From Comamonadaceae bacterium (lineage in GTDB: Bacteria; Pseudomonadota; Gammaproteobacteria; Burkholderiales; Burkholderiaceae_C), in NCBI GenBank assembly GCA_011391745.1, contig JAABPX010000001.1, positions 2,275 through 66,274 of the forward strand: a stretch of 64,000 nucleotides of DNA. Direction: 5' to 3'. Within the stretch, counting starts at the first letter, position 1, and every line of letters starts with the position of its first letter. A program made the translations under genes and the position numbers. Positions 35,003 through 45,259 of this stretch are shown here, one piece after another. The notes under the pieces were generated by a model. The model had not been told where the DNA came from, ran no database searches, and saw nothing but the letters and a program-made list of their open reading frames with translations.

Positions 35003-35134
35003 CCTGTCATAATTGTTGCCTGTTGATCTCGCACCGAGGTTAAACAACTTCAACGCGTTTAGGTCGCCCGGCGGTGGCCGCTGGCGCAAGCCCTCCCCCC
35101 GATTCCCGACTCAACTCCTTTTGGAGTGAATGAA

Positions 35135-36397
35135 ATGCACCTCAACGAACTCAAGGCACTGCACGTGTCTGAAGTCCTCAAACAAGCCGATGCCCTCGAA
35201 ATCGAGAACACCGGCCGCATGCGCAAGCAAGAACTGATGTTTGCCATCATCAAAAAGCGCGCCAAAGGTGGTGAACTGGTTAACGCGGATGGCGTGCTTG
35301 AGGTGTTGCCCGATGGCTTCGGCTTTTTGCGCAACATGGACACGAGCTTCACCGCGTCCACCGACGACATTTACATCTCGCCGAGCCAAATCCGCCGCTT
35401 TAACTTGCACACCGGCGACATGATTGAAGGCGAGGTACGCATCCCCAAAGACGGCGAGCGTTATTTCGCCCTCAACAAACTCGACAAGATCAACGGCTTG
35501 CCGCCCGAGGACAACAAACACAAGATCATGTTTGAAAACCTCACGCCCCTGTTTCCCAAAGAACAGATGCGGCTGGAGCGGGACATCAAAACCGACGAAA
35601 ACATCACCGGTCGGGTGATTGACATCATTGCGCCCATCGGCCGTGGCCAACGCGCCTTGGTTGTGGCCCCGCCCAAGAGCGGTAAGACGGTCATGATGCA
35701 GCACATTTGCCACGCCATCACCGCCAACCACCCCGAGGTTGAGTTGATGGTGCTGCTGGTTGATGAGCGCCCCGAAGAAGTGACCGAAATGCAGCGCACC
35801 GTGCGCGGCGACGTGATTGCCTCGACCTTTGACGAACCCGCGGCACGCCACGTACACGTGGCCGAAATGGTCATTGAGCGCGCCAAACGCTTGGTTGAAC
35901 TCAAAAAAGACGTGGTCATTTTGCTCGACTCGATCACCCGCTTGGCCCGCGCCTACAACAACGTTTTGCCCTCCTCTGGCAAGGTGCTGTCCGGCGGTGT
36001 GGATTCCAACGCCTTGCAGCGCCCCAAGCGCTTCTTTGGCGCGGCGCGCAAGATCGAAGAAGGCGGCTCGCTGACCATCATCGCCACGGCCTTGGTAGAC
36101 ACCGGCAGCCGCATGGACGAGGTGATCTTTGAAGAGTTCAAGGGCACGGGCAATTGCGAAATCCACTTGGATCGCCGTTTGTACGAAAAGCGTGTGTTCC
36201 CCTCCATTCAACTCAACCGCAGCGGCACCCGTCGCGAAGAGCTGTTGCTGCAGCCCGAGATCTTGCAAAAGACCCGCATTCTGCGTCAGTTCATGTACAA
36301 CATGGACGAAATCGAAGCCATGGAGATGGTCTTAAAGAGCATGAAAGCCACCAAGAACAACTCCGAGTTCTTTGACATGATGCGCCGCGGCGGTTGA
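35135..36397 (+). CDS. rho: Transcription termination factor Rho
   Basis: [36 protein letters not shown]; GGAG SD before MHLNELK. Confidence 0.98.
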   Translation: MHLNELKALHVSEVLKQADALEIENTGRMRKQELMFAIIKKRAKGGELVNADGVLEVLPDGFGFLRNMDTSFTASTDDIYISPSQIRRFNLHTGDMIEGEVRIPKDGERYFALNKLDKINGLPPEDNKHKIMFENLTPLFPKEQMRLERDIKTDENITGRVIDIIAPIGRGQRALVVAPPKSGKTVMMQHICHAITANHPEVELMVLLVDERPEEVTEMQRTVRGDVIASTFDEPAARHVHVAEMVIERAKRLVELKKDVVILLDSITRLARAYNNVLPSSGKVLSGGVDSNALQRPKRFFGAARKIEEGGSLTIIATALVDTGSRMDEVIFEEFKGTGNCEIHLDRRLYEKRVFPSIQLNRSGTRREELLLQPEILQKTRILRQFMYNMDEIEAMEMVLKSMKATKNNSEFFDMMRRGG

Positions 36398-36496
36398 ACA
36401 CGGCCCTCATCGTATAATTCAAAGCTTTGCAACTTGCGACAAGTACCGTGGAATGGTTTCACGGCGGCTGCTGCACCTGACCTCTAGGACATCGCC

Positions 36497-36757
36497 ATGA
36501 AAGAAGGCATTCACCCCAATTACCGCGACGTGTGCTTCGTCGACCTCTCCAACGGTTTCAAATTTGTCACGCGCTCATGCGCCAACGCCAAAGAAACCAT
36601 CAAGATGGAAGATGGGCGCGAGTTGCCCTTGTTTAAGCTGGACACTTCCAGCGAATCGCACCCCTTCTACACCGGCACTCAGAAAAGTGTGGACAACATG
36701 GGTGGTCGCGTTGAACGCTTCCGCAACCGTTACGCCAAGGCCCCAGCCGCCAAGTGA
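36497..36757 (+). CDS. rpmE2: 50S ribosomal protein L31 type B (lacks the Zn CxxC motifs)
   Basis: MKEGIHPNY, SSESHPFYTG, GGRVERFRNR. Confidence 0.96.
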   Translation: MKEGIHPNYRDVCFVDLSNGFKFVTRSCANAKETIKMEDGRELPLFKLDTSSESHPFYTGTQKSVDNMGGRVERFRNRYAKAPAAK

Positions 36758-36801
36758 GGTAAGCGTTGGGCATCACACGCTGTTGTGGTGCCCGCGTTCC
36801 C

Positions 36802-36832
36802 AAAAACAGCCGAGTATCGGCTGTTTTTTTTT
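36802..36832 (+). terminator. Intrinsic terminator after rpmE2
   Basis: AAAAACAGCCGA-GTA-TCGGCTGTTTTT with an extended T tract. Confidence 0.9.
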
Positions 36833-36868
36833 GCCCTTTGCCCCAGTCCTTGCTAAGCTTCGGTTCCC

Positions 36869-38599
36869 GTGAACGCTCCCACCCCTTCCATCGTCAGCCG
36901 CTCAGCCGCCTCGCGCTTACCGCGCTGGGTTTTGTGGGTCTTCGTCTTGGCGTACGTCTTACCAGGCTTTTGGGGCCGGGAACCCTGGAAAGACCACGAT
37001 GCCGTGGCGTTTGGTGTGATGCGCGACATGGCCATGGGGCTGACGAGTTGGTGGGAGCCCTTGTTGTTGGGCTTGCCGGTGGAACACACCGGTTGGTTAC
37101 ACCACTGGTTGGGTGCGGTGTTTATTGCGCTGTGGCCGGAACAAGCGCAATGGATGGCCCGCATCCCGTTCGTGGGTTTGTTGCTGTTGACCCTGCTGGG
37201 CACTTGGTGGAGCGTTTACCATTTGGCCCGTTTACCAGCAGCGCAGCCGGTGAGTTTTGCGTTTGGCGGCGAAGCCGACCCACACGACTACGCACGCACC
37301 TTGGCCGACGCCGGCCTGTTGGCTCTGCTGGCCTGTTTGGGTTTGGCCCAACTCGCGCATGAGACGTCCGCCGACGCTGCGCGTCTGGCCATGGTGGCGG
37401 TGATGCTCATGACGGCCAGCGCCCTGACGCGGCCAGTCATCACCTCGCCCGTTCGAACACCCGTGCTGTGGGCATTGGGGCTCTTGGGTTTGGTGCTCAG
37501 TGGTGCCCCTTGGATGGCCTTGGTGTTGTCGGTGGGCTTGCTGGGTGCTGCCGCATGGGCTCGCCCGCTCGCCACCCAAACCGCATGGGGCCCCAACACA
37601 ACGCCCAATCAACGCCCTTGGCGCTGGGCCATCGCCATGAGTGTGTTGGTGTTGGCTTTCGCAGCGGCGGGCGGGCTGTTTCGTTGGCCCGCGTGGTCGC
37701 CACTGGACAGCCAAGAATCGGTGATGGCCTATGCGCGGCTATGGCTGTGGTTCGGCTGGCCCGCTTGGCCTTTGGCGCTGTGGGCCTTGTGGCGCTGGCG
37801 TCAACAATGGCTCAGTGGCCATGTGTTGCAGCCGCTCATGGTGATTGTGGTGATGATGGTGGCTGGGACTTGGAGCGCCCAGCGCGATCGGGCCTTGCTG
37901 CTGGCCTTGCCAGCATTGGCCACCTTGGCAGCGTTTGCACTGCCCACGTTGCGACGCAGTTTGTCGGCCTTGATCGACTGGTTCACGCTGCTTTTTTTCT
38001 CGGGCTGTGGTCTGATTTTGTGGGTGGTATGGCTGGCCATGCAAACCGGCATACCCGCCAAAACCGCCAACAACGTCGCCCGCTTGGCCCCTGGTTTTGA
38101 TGCACCGTTTTCTTGGGTCTTGCTGATCCCCGCCGTACTCGCCACAGGGGCTTGGCTGGCGGTGGTGGTTTGGCGGGTGGGCAGGCACACCTCCGTACTG
38201 TGGAAAAGCATGGTGTTGCCCGCGGCGGGTGCCACCATGTCGTGGCTGCTGCTGATGACGCTTTGGCTGCCCTTGGTCAACCACGGCATGAGCCATGGTC
38301 CGCAGTCACGGGAGGTCTGGGCCGCCATCACTGCGCCCGAGCGCTGCGTGCTGGTTGATGGGTTGCCACCCGCCCAAATCCAAGCGCTTCGCACGCACAC
38401 CTCACTCATGCTGCGCCGCAACGAAGGCAAGGGGGTGCCCACCGACTGCGCGGCGTTGCTGACCTCACCGTTGGGTCACAGCACCTTGCATCAGCGCATG
38501 GACTTGTCGCAGTGGACCTACCAAGCAACCATCAAACGCTTGGGGCGCACCCGGGACGACATCTTGATTTATTCGCGCAACGCGGGGGCTTCGCGCTGA
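36869..38599 (+). CDS. ArnT/PMT-like (GT-C fold) multi-pass membrane glycosyltransferase
   Basis: YVLPGFWGREPWK.HD..AFGVM early loop motif, WARIPF, many hydrophobic segments; GTG start. Confidence 0.65.
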   Translation: MNAPTPSIVSRSAASRLPRWVLWVFVLAYVLPGFWGREPWKDHDAVAFGVMRDMAMGLTSWWEPLLLGLPVEHTGWLHHWLGAVFIALWPEQAQWMARIPFVGLLLLTLLGTWWSVYHLARLPAAQPVSFAFGGEADPHDYARTLADAGLLALLACLGLAQLAHETSADAARLAMVAVMLMTASALTRPVITSPVRTPVLWALGLLGLVLSGAPWMALVLSVGLLGAAAWARPLATQTAWGPNTTPNQRPWRWAIAMSVLVLAFAAAGGLFRWPAWSPLDSQESVMAYARLWLWFGWPAWPLALWALWRWRQQWLSGHVLQPLMVIVVMMVAGTWSAQRDRALLLALPALATLAAFALPTLRRSLSALIDWFTLLFFSGCGLILWVVWLAMQTGIPAKTANNVARLAPGFDAPFSWVLLIPAVLATGAWLAVVVWRVGRHTSVLWKSMVLPAAGATMSWLLLMTLWLPLVNHGMSHGPQSREVWAAITAPERCVLVDGLPPAQIQALRTHTSLMLRRNEGKGVPTDCAALLTSPLGHSTLHQRMDLSQWTYQATIKRLGRTRDDILIYSRNAGASR

Positions 38600-39900
38600 C
38601 GCACCCGCACCGCAGGCAAGATCAAAGCAAACGTCGAGCCCTGCCCCACCACCGACTGCACATCAAACCCGCCACCGTGGCGTTGCACCACGTGTTTGAC
38701 AATCGCCAGCCCAAGGCCGGTTCCACCCGTCTCGCGTGAGCGGCTGCGATCCACCCGGTAAAACCGCTCGGTCAGGCGCGGCAGGTGTTCGGCGGCGATG
38801 CCGGGCCCACTGTCGCTGACAAAAAAGGTGGCACTGCCATCGGCGTTTAAGCGCCAACCCGCTTCAATGCGGCCCCCTGGTGGGGTGTAGCGCACCGCAT
38901 TGCTCAACAAATTGGACATGGCGCTGAGCAATTCGCTTTTGGAGCCGGACACCCACGCGCTGTCATCACCCAGCGATTCAATGGTGTGGACGGGTTGAGC
39001 AATGGCTTGCGACAGGCCCCTGGCTTCTTGCAAGACATGGCGCAAAAGCTCTTGTGTGGGCATCCAATCACCCTGTCCTGGGGCGGGACTGCCTTCTAAG
39101 CGCGACAGGGTCAGCAAATCGCTGACCAAGGTTTGCATGCGCTGCGCTTGTTGGCTCATCAGACCCAAATAACGCAAGCGATCGCTCTCTTCCAAAGGCA
39201 CGGTTTGCATGGTTTCAACAAAACCGCTGAGCACCGTCAGGGGCGTACGGATTTCGTGCGACACATTGGCCACAAAATCACGCCGCATCGCCTCAGCGAG
39301 CTGAACCGCCGTCACGTCGCGGGTGAGCATGAGCCGGCGTTTCTTGCCGTAGGGATGGATTTGCACCGAGATTTGGGTGGATTGACCCGCGCGCGCGCCA
39401 GGGCCTTCAATCTGCACCTCACGCTCAAAGTCCTTGTGTTTAAGGTATTGGCTGAACTCGGGTTGGCGCACCAAGTTGCGCACGTATTGACCCACGTCTC
39501 GCTGCGGATCAAAGCCCAATTGGTTGGCGGCCGTCAGGTTAGCCCACTCGATGCGTCCGTGGGCATCGAGCAACACCACGCCATTGGGTGAGGCTTGAAT
39601 GGCGGACAGAAAATCTTCCAATCGGTGATCGCTGCTTTGCGCTTTTTTCTCCAGCTTTTTGATGAGTTTTCGGTTGCGGTCCACCAATTCGGCCCACACA
39701 CCAGACAGCGCAGGTGCCCGCTGTGCTTCGGCGCGGTTGAGCCAATCCAAGACGCGACGCGCCCGCAAGCCATCCCAAAGCACCCAAACCAAACCACCCA
39801 ACAAACCACCGGCAAAGGTCCAAGCCGGGTCGTCCCCTGCCCAACCCCAAACACCGCCCAAGGCCACGAGCAGCAGCAACTCCAACGCACGTTGGGTCAT
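38569..39900 (-). CDS. phoR: Phosphate regulon sensor kinase
   Basis: PAS domain, FVANVSHEIRTPL, NLLSNA, DSGPGI, RFYRVD..RSR.TGGTGLGL. Confidence 0.96.
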   Translation of the reverse strand: MTQRALELLLLVALGGVWGWAGDDPAWTFAGGLLGGLVWVLWDGLRARRVLDWLNRAEAQRAPALSGVWAELVDRNRKLIKKLEKKAQSSDHRLEDFLSAIQASPNGVVLLDAHGRIEWANLTAANQLGFDPQRDVGQYVRNLVRQPEFSQYLKHKDFEREVQIEGPGARAGQSTQISVQIHPYGKKRRLMLTRDVTAVQLAEAMRRDFVANVSHEIRTPLTVLSGFVETMQTVPLEESDRLRYLGLMSQQAQRMQTLVSDLLTLSRLEGSPAPGQGDWMPTQELLRHVLQEARGLSQAIAQPVHTIESLGDDSAWVSGSKSELLSAMSNLLSNAVRYTPPGGRIEAGWRLNADGSATFFVSDSGPGIAAEHLPRLTERFYRVDRSRSRETGGTGLGLAIVKHVVQRHGGGFDVQSVVGQGSTFALILPAVRVRQREAPALRE

Positions 39901-40604
39901 TGTTGACCAGCGGGCAAGCCTTGAATGGTCAATCGGTAACCGGCACCCCGCACGGTCTCAACCATGACAGCGGCTTGGCCCAAGGCTTCTCTCAACCGTT
40001 TGATGTGTACGTCCACGGTGCGCTCCTCAATGTATACGTGGTCACCCCACACTTTGTCTAGGAGCGTACCACGGGCGTGCACACGTTCGGCGTGTGTCAT
40101 GAGGTAGTGCAACAGTTTGAACTCGGTCGGTCCGAGCTTGCATTCTTGCGCGCGAAAAAGCACCCGGTGGGTGGCTGCGTCCAAATGCAAATCACCAATG
40201 TGCACCGACTCGCTGACGGTTTGTGGCGCACGGCGGCGCAAGACGGCCCGAATACGGGCCAAGAGCTCTTGGGTGGAAAACGGTTTGGTGATGTAGTCGT
40301 CGGCACCGGCGTCCAAGCCTTGAATTTTGTCGGCCTCGTCGCTGCGCGCGGTCAGCATCAGAATGGGCACACCCTTGGTGCGCTCGTGTTGACGCCAGCG
40401 CCGAGCCAGCACGGCGCCGCTCTCGCCGGGCAACATCCAGTCGAGCAAGATCACATCGGGCAGCACATCGTCGAGTTCACGCTGCGCCACCACACCATCG
40501 GGTGCAATCGTGGGTGCAAAGCCGTTGTGTCGCAGATTGACCGCGATCAACTCGGCAATGGCCGGCTCGTCTTCGACCACCAGCACACGGGGGAGTTTTC
40601 TCAT
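39897..40604 (-). CDS. phoB: Phosphate regulon response regulator
   Basis: VEDE, LLDWMLPG, ADDYITKPFS, GPTEFKLL, ERTVDVHIKRLR. Confidence 0.97.
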   Translation of the reverse strand: MRKLPRVLVVEDEPAIAELIAVNLRHNGFAPTIAPDGVVAQRELDDVLPDVILLDWMLPGESGAVLARRWRQHERTKGVPILMLTARSDEADKIQGLDAGADDYITKPFSTQELLARIRAVLRRRAPQTVSESVHIGDLHLDAATHRVLFRAQECKLGPTEFKLLHYLMTHAERVHARGTLLDKVWGDHVYIEERTVDVHIKRLREALGQAAVMVETVRGAGYRLTIQGLPAGQQ

Positions 40605-41302
40605 CGGGCCACCGACTCCACTTTGTCCATGGGCGAGTGGCGCACGTCTTCACCCTTAACGATAAAAATGATTTGCTCGGCGATGTTTTTGGAGTGGTCG
40701 CCCACACGTTCCACCGACTTGGCCAAAAACAACAGGTCCAAGCTGGGCGAAATGGTGCGGGCATCTTCCATCATGTAGGTGATGAGTTTGCGCAAGAAAC
40801 CGTTGTACTCGTTGTCGACTTCGTTGTCCTGCTTGATGATGGCCACCGCCATTTGGGTGTCCAAGCGCGCAAACGCATCCAGGGTTTTGCGCAGCATCAT
40901 GGTGGTGATGTCTGCGGCCATACGCAACTCCGACGTGGGCAGGTTGCGCGGTGTGCCGTTTTGCAAAATCGACTTGACCATGCGGGCCATGCGCGCAACC
41001 TCGTCGCCCGCACGCTCCAAGTTTTGCGTGGTGCGCGAGATCGCCATTAAAAAGCGCAGGTCTCGTGCGGTGGGTTGACGGCGTCCGATCGTGGAGATGA
41101 TCTCTTGATCGATCAAAATTTCCATTTCATTGATACGCCGCTCGTTTTCGATCACGCGCTCGGCGGTCTCAAGGTTCATGTGAACCAAGGCGTGCACGGC
41201 TTGGTTGAGTTGGGATTCGACCAAACCACCCATTTCCAACACGTGGGTGGAGATGGAGTTGAGCTCAGCATCGAACTGGCTGGAGATGTGTTTATCGGGC
41301 AT
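40601..41302 (-). CDS. phoU: Phosphate signalling protein PhoU
   Basis: RQPTARDLR, LERAGD, VERVGDHSKNIAE. Confidence 0.97.
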   Translation of the reverse strand: MPDKHISSQFDAELNSISTHVLEMGGLVESQLNQAVHALVHMNLETAERVIENERRINEMEILIDQEIISTIGRRQPTARDLRFLMAISRTTQNLERAGDEVARMARMVKSILQNGTPRNLPTSELRMAADITTMMLRKTLDAFARLDTQMAVAIIKQDNEVDNEYNGFLRKLITYMMEDARTISPSLDLLFLAKSVERVGDHSKNIAEQIIFIVKGEDVRHSPMDKVESVAR

Positions 41303-41326
41303 GGGGTTCTCCTGATGAGCTGAGGG

Positions 41327-42103
41327 TCAGCCGAAACGGCCAGTGATGTAGTCTTCTGTGGCGGTTTTGCTCGGCTTAAAGAAGATTTGTTCGGTGGCAC
41401 CAAATTCGATGAGTTCACCCAAGTACATATACGCCGTGAAATCACTGCAACGCGCGGCTTGCTGCATGTTGTGGGTGACGATGGCGATGGTGTAGTCCTG
41501 CTTGAGCTCATGCACCAACTCTTCCACTTTGCCGGTGGAGATCGGGTCCAAGGCCGAGGTGGGTTCGTCGAGCAAGAGCACGGAAGGCTTAACGGCCACA
41601 CTGCGCGCAATACACAAACGCTGCTGCTGCCCGCCCGAAAGCGACAAACCACTTTGGCTGAGCTTGTCTTTGACTTCTTTCCACAAAGCGGCTTTGGTCA
41701 AGGCCCACTCCACGCGCTCATCCATGTCGTCGCGGCTGAGGTTTTCGTACAAACGCACACCAAAGGCGATGTTGTCGTAAATCGACATTGGGAAGGGCGT
41801 GGGCTTTTGGAACACCATGCCAATTCGAGCACGCAACAGGTTCAAGTCTTGGTTTTTGTCCAAGATGTTTTGACCATAAAACAAAATTTCGCCCTCGGCG
41901 CGTTGGCCGGGGTAGAGGCTGTACATGCGGTTGAGTGTGCGCAGCAAAGTGGACTTGCCGCAGCCCGACGGGCCAATAAAGGCGGTGACCTTGCGCTCGG
42001 CAATATTCAGGTTAACGTCCTTCAAGCCTTGGAACTTGCCGTAGAAAAAGTTCAGGTTGCGCACTTCCAGCGCAGAGGTCAGGGTATTGGTGGTGTCTGT
42101 CAT
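41327..42103 (-). CDS. pstB: Phosphate ABC transporter ATPase
   Basis: [37 protein letters not shown]. Confidence 0.98.
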   Translation of the reverse strand: MTDTTNTLTSALEVRNLNFFYGKFQGLKDVNLNIAERKVTAFIGPSGCGKSTLLRTLNRMYSLYPGQRAEGEILFYGQNILDKNQDLNLLRARIGMVFQKPTPFPMSIYDNIAFGVRLYENLSRDDMDERVEWALTKAALWKEVKDKLSQSGLSLSGGQQQRLCIARSVAVKPSVLLLDEPTSALDPISTGKVEELVHELKQDYTIAIVTHNMQQAARCSDFTAYMYLGELIEFGATEQIFFKPSKTATEDYITGRFG

Positions 42104-42129
42104 GATGAATTCCTGTGAAGGGGGGGGCC

Positions 42130-42987
42130 TCAAACTGCGGCTTTGTTGCGGAAAAAGACACGGGCCAATATGTTGAGCAACAAGACCGCTAAGGTGATGA
42201 GCAAGGCACCGCCCCAAGCCAAGTCGATCCAGTTCTCATACGGACTCATGGCGAATTGGAAGATCACCACCGGCAAGTTGGCCATGGGCGCTTCCATGTT
42301 GGTGCTGTAGAACTGGTTGTTCAAGGCAGTGAACAAGAGTGGCGCTGTCTCGCCACTGATGCGGGCCACGGCCAGCAACAAACCCGTGATCACGCCGCTT
42401 TTGGCGGCACGCAAAGTCACCATCGTGGAGACCTTCCAACGCGGCGCACCCAACGCAAACGCCGCCTCGCGCAAGGTGCCAGGCACCAAGCGCAGCATGT
42501 TCTCGGTCGTGCGCATCACCACCGGAATGGCGATCAAGGCCAAGGCCAAGCTGCCAGCGTAGCCCGAAAAGTTGCCCACCGTGGCCACCGCAATGGCATA
42601 GACAAACAAGCCCAACACAATCGACGGAGCCGACAGCATGATGTCGGTCACAAAACGCGTGAACTCGGCGGTTTTGCTGGTGTCGCCGTACTCGCTCAAA
42701 TACACACCCGCCAAAATGCCGATGGGGGTGGACACAGCAACGGCCAAACCCACAATCATCAAGCTGCCGACAATCGCGTTGCGCAAACCGCCGCCCTCGG
42801 AGCCCGGTGCGGGGGTATCTTGGGTAAACAAGCTGAGCTCTAAAGCAGCGAAGCCATTGGAAAACAGCACAAACAAGATCCACAACAAAGCGGTCAGGCC
42901 AACGGCCATCGCGGTCATGGACAAGGTCAGCCCCACCACATTGGTGATGCGGCGACGGCGGTACAAGGGGGAGGTGTTCATGTTCAT
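42130..42987 (-). CDS. pstA: Phosphate ABC transporter permease
   Basis: [29 protein letters not shown]. Confidence 0.97.
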   Translation of the reverse strand: MNMNTSPLYRRRRITNVVGLTLSMTAMAVGLTALLWILFVLFSNGFAALELSLFTQDTPAPGSEGGGLRNAIVGSLMIVGLAVAVSTPIGILAGVYLSEYGDTSKTAEFTRFVTDIMLSAPSIVLGLFVYAIAVATVGNFSGYAGSLALALIAIPVVMRTTENMLRLVPGTLREAAFALGAPRWKVSTMVTLRAAKSGVITGLLLAVARISGETAPLLFTALNNQFYSTNMEAPMANLPVVIFQFAMSPYENWIDLAWGGALLITLAVLLLNILARVFFRNKAAV

Positions 42988-43976
42988 CAGTTACCTTTGG
43001 CTTTTTCGGTACGAACAATCAGCCATTTGGCCAGCGCCAGCACCACAAAGGTGATGCAAAACAGCAAGAAACCCAAGGCAAATAAGGTGTTGAAATGCAG
43101 GGCTTCGGCCTCACCGAATTCGTTGGCCAAGACCGAAGCGATGGATGTGCCGGGGGAAAACAAGGACGTGGGCATGCGGTTGGCGTTGCCAATAACGAAG
43201 GTCACGGCCATGGTCTCGCCCAAGGCCCGACCCAAGCCCAACATCACACCACCAATCACGCCTTTTTGTGTGTAAGGCAACACGATCTTGCGCACAACCT
43301 CCCAAGTTGTGCAGCCCAAGCCGTATGCGGACTCTCGCAGTATGGGTGGGGTGATTTCAAACACGTCACGCATCACGGCGGCCACAAATGGCAACACCAT
43401 GAAAGCCAAAATAATGCCCGCCGCCATGATGCCCAGACCATTGGTGGCACCACCAAACAACCAGCCCACCAGCGGCATACCACCCAACACAGCTTGGAGA
43501 GGTACCTGAAGGTAATCGGCGAACACGGGAGCGAACACAAACAAACCAAACATGCCGTAGATGATGGAGGGCACCGCAGCCAATAACTCCACCGCCGTAC
43601 CCAGCGGGCGACGCAGCCAGACAGGGCAAGTCTCGGTCAAAAACACAGCGATACCGAACGCCAAGGGCACCGCCAACACCATGGCAATGCCTGCGCTGAG
43701 CACGGTGCCTACGATGGCAATCGCGGCACCAAATTCTTCGTTGATGATGTCCCATTCGACGTACCACAGGAAGTGAGCGCCAAACTTGGCGAACGTCGGC
43801 CAAGCATTGATGAACAGCGACACGATGATGCCCACCAAGGCCATCAGCACCAACAGAGAAAACGACTGCGTGAGGCGGTGAAACAAGATGTCTTGAAAGC
43901 GCTGTCGCTTGGCCACTGCCACCATACTGGCGCTGGGCAACTCGGCAGAGGAAATGGGGTTAGAAGATGCGTTCAT
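42987..43976 (-). CDS. pstC: Phosphate ABC transporter permease
   Basis: [31 protein letters not shown]; start placed at MNASS. Confidence 0.96.
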   Translation of the reverse strand: MNASSNPISSAELPSASMVAVAKRQRFQDILFHRLTQSFSLLVLMALVGIIVSLFINAWPTFAKFGAHFLWYVEWDIINEEFGAAIAIVGTVLSAGIAMVLAVPLAFGIAVFLTETCPVWLRRPLGTAVELLAAVPSIIYGMFGLFVFAPVFADYLQVPLQAVLGGMPLVGWLFGGATNGLGIMAAGIILAFMVLPFVAAVMRDVFEITPPILRESAYGLGCTTWEVVRKIVLPYTQKGVIGGVMLGLGRALGETMAVTFVIGNANRMPTSLFSPGTSIASVLANEFGEAEALHFNTLFALGFLLFCITFVVLALAKWLIVRTEKAKGN

Positions 43977-44002
43977 GGTATGAGCCGTAACAGAATAACA
44001 AA

Positions 44003-44032
44003 CCACCGACACCCTAGCGAAGGCATCGGTGG
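44003..44032 (-). terminator. pstS-pstC intergenic stem-loop (partial terminator or mRNA stabiliser)
   Basis: CCACCGATGCC...GGTGTCGGTGG stem followed by TTTGTTATT. Confidence 0.6.
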
Positions 44033-44068
44033 CCAAGGATCAACAAACGTTAACCCACAACTGCAGCA

Positions 44069-45103
44069 TCACTTGGTCTTGACTTGGGTCCAGACGCGTT
44101 CGCGAATTTGCTTGGTCAATGCATCGGGCAGTGGCACGTAGTCCAGGTCCAAGGCCATTTGCTTGCCATTTTTGAAGGCCCAGTCAAAGAACTTCAACAC
44201 TTCGGCGGACTCTTCTTTGTTGGCGGGGTCTTTGTACATCAAGATGAACGAAGCGGTGGTGACGGGGTAAGCGTTGTCACCGGGTTGGTTCACGATGGAC
44301 AAGCCCATGCCAGGCACGCTGAACCAGTCAGCGCCAGCCGCAGCGGCTTGGAAAGTGTCGTCGCCAGGCATAACGTACTTGCCGTTTTTGTTTTGCAAGG
44401 CCATCACAGCGATGTTGTTCTTCTTGGCGTAGGCGTATTCCACATAACCCAAAGCGCCCTTGGTGCGCGTCACGTTGGCGGCCACACCCTCGTTGCCCTT
44501 ACCGCCCACGGAGGTGGGGGCTGGCCATTTAACGGCAGCGCCTTTGCCCACGGTGTCAGCCCAGTCTTTACTCACGGTGCTCAGGTAGTCGGTCCAGTTG
44601 AAGGTGGTGCCCGAACCGTCGGCGCGGTGCACCACGGTGATCACCATGTCAGGCAATTTTTTGCCTGGGTTCAAAGCGGCCAGCTTGGGGTCGTTCCACT
44701 TGCTGATCTTGCCCATGAACATTTCGGCCAAGACGGGACCGGTCACGCGCAACTCGCCTTTACCGAAGCCATCCAAGTTGAAAATCGGCACGGTGCCGCC
44801 AATGATGGCGGGAAACTGCACCATGCCGTCCTTATCGAGATCGGCCCCGGGAACGGGAGCGTCACTGGCACCGAAAGCCACGGTTTTGGCCCGGATCTGG
44901 CGAATGCCACCGGAAGAACCGATGGATTGGTAGTTCAGGCCAGTGCCGGTGGCGGCTTTGTAGGCCTCGGCCCACTTGGCGTAGATGGGGAATGGGAAGG
45001 TCGCGCCAGCGCCGGTGATGTCGGCTGCGATGGCTTGGCCCATGCCCATGGCCACCAAACCCACAGCGGCCACGGTTTTGAAGAAATTGCGTTTGTTGTT
45101 CAT
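44069..45103 (-). CDS. pstS: Phosphate ABC transporter substrate-binding protein
   Basis: GAGATFP.PIY, YQSIGSSGG, FGASD, HRADGSGTT, GKGNEGV, YVEY.YA. Confidence 0.98.
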   Translation of the reverse strand: MNNKRNFFKTVAAVGLVAMGMGQAIAADITGAGATFPFPIYAKWAEAYKAATGTGLNYQSIGSSGGIRQIRAKTVAFGASDAPVPGADLDKDGMVQFPAIIGGTVPIFNLDGFGKGELRVTGPVLAEMFMGKISKWNDPKLAALNPGKKLPDMVITVVHRADGSGTTFNWTDYLSTVSKDWADTVGKGAAVKWPAPTSVGGKGNEGVAANVTRTKGALGYVEYAYAKKNNIAVMALQNKNGKYVMPGDDTFQAAAAGADWFSVPGMGLSIVNQPGDNAYPVTTASFILMYKDPANKEESAEVLKFFDWAFKNGKQMALDLDYVPLPDALTKQIRERVWTQVKTK

Positions 45104-45138
45104 AAGAATCCTTTCGGTGGTTGGTTTGAACAGGATTG

Positions 45139-45172
45139 AATGTATGAATCCTATGTGACAAGCGTGTGACAA
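45139..45172 (-). promoter_or_regulatory. Pho box promoter of pstSCAB-phoUBR
   Basis: TTGTCAC-acgc-TTGTCAC-atag-GATTCAT (11 nt period); TACATT lies exactly 10 nt after the second half-site. Confidence 0.85.
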
Positions 45173-45259
45173 AGTCGGTCGGGGAGCAAAAAACGCCGCT
45201 GTTTGATGCGTCACAATGCGGGCTTAGAAGAAACAAGGGGTTGATGCCCCAACACCCAT

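Noticed and set aside
42120-42127. G8 run (pstA-pstB intergenic) and T8 run (54274-54281) as phase-variation tracts
   Set aside because: Both are short, non-coding and outside promoter spacers; nothing supports variation.
43987-44000. CTGTTAC half-site upstream of pstC as a Pho box
   Set aside because: No partner half-site at an 11 nt spacing.
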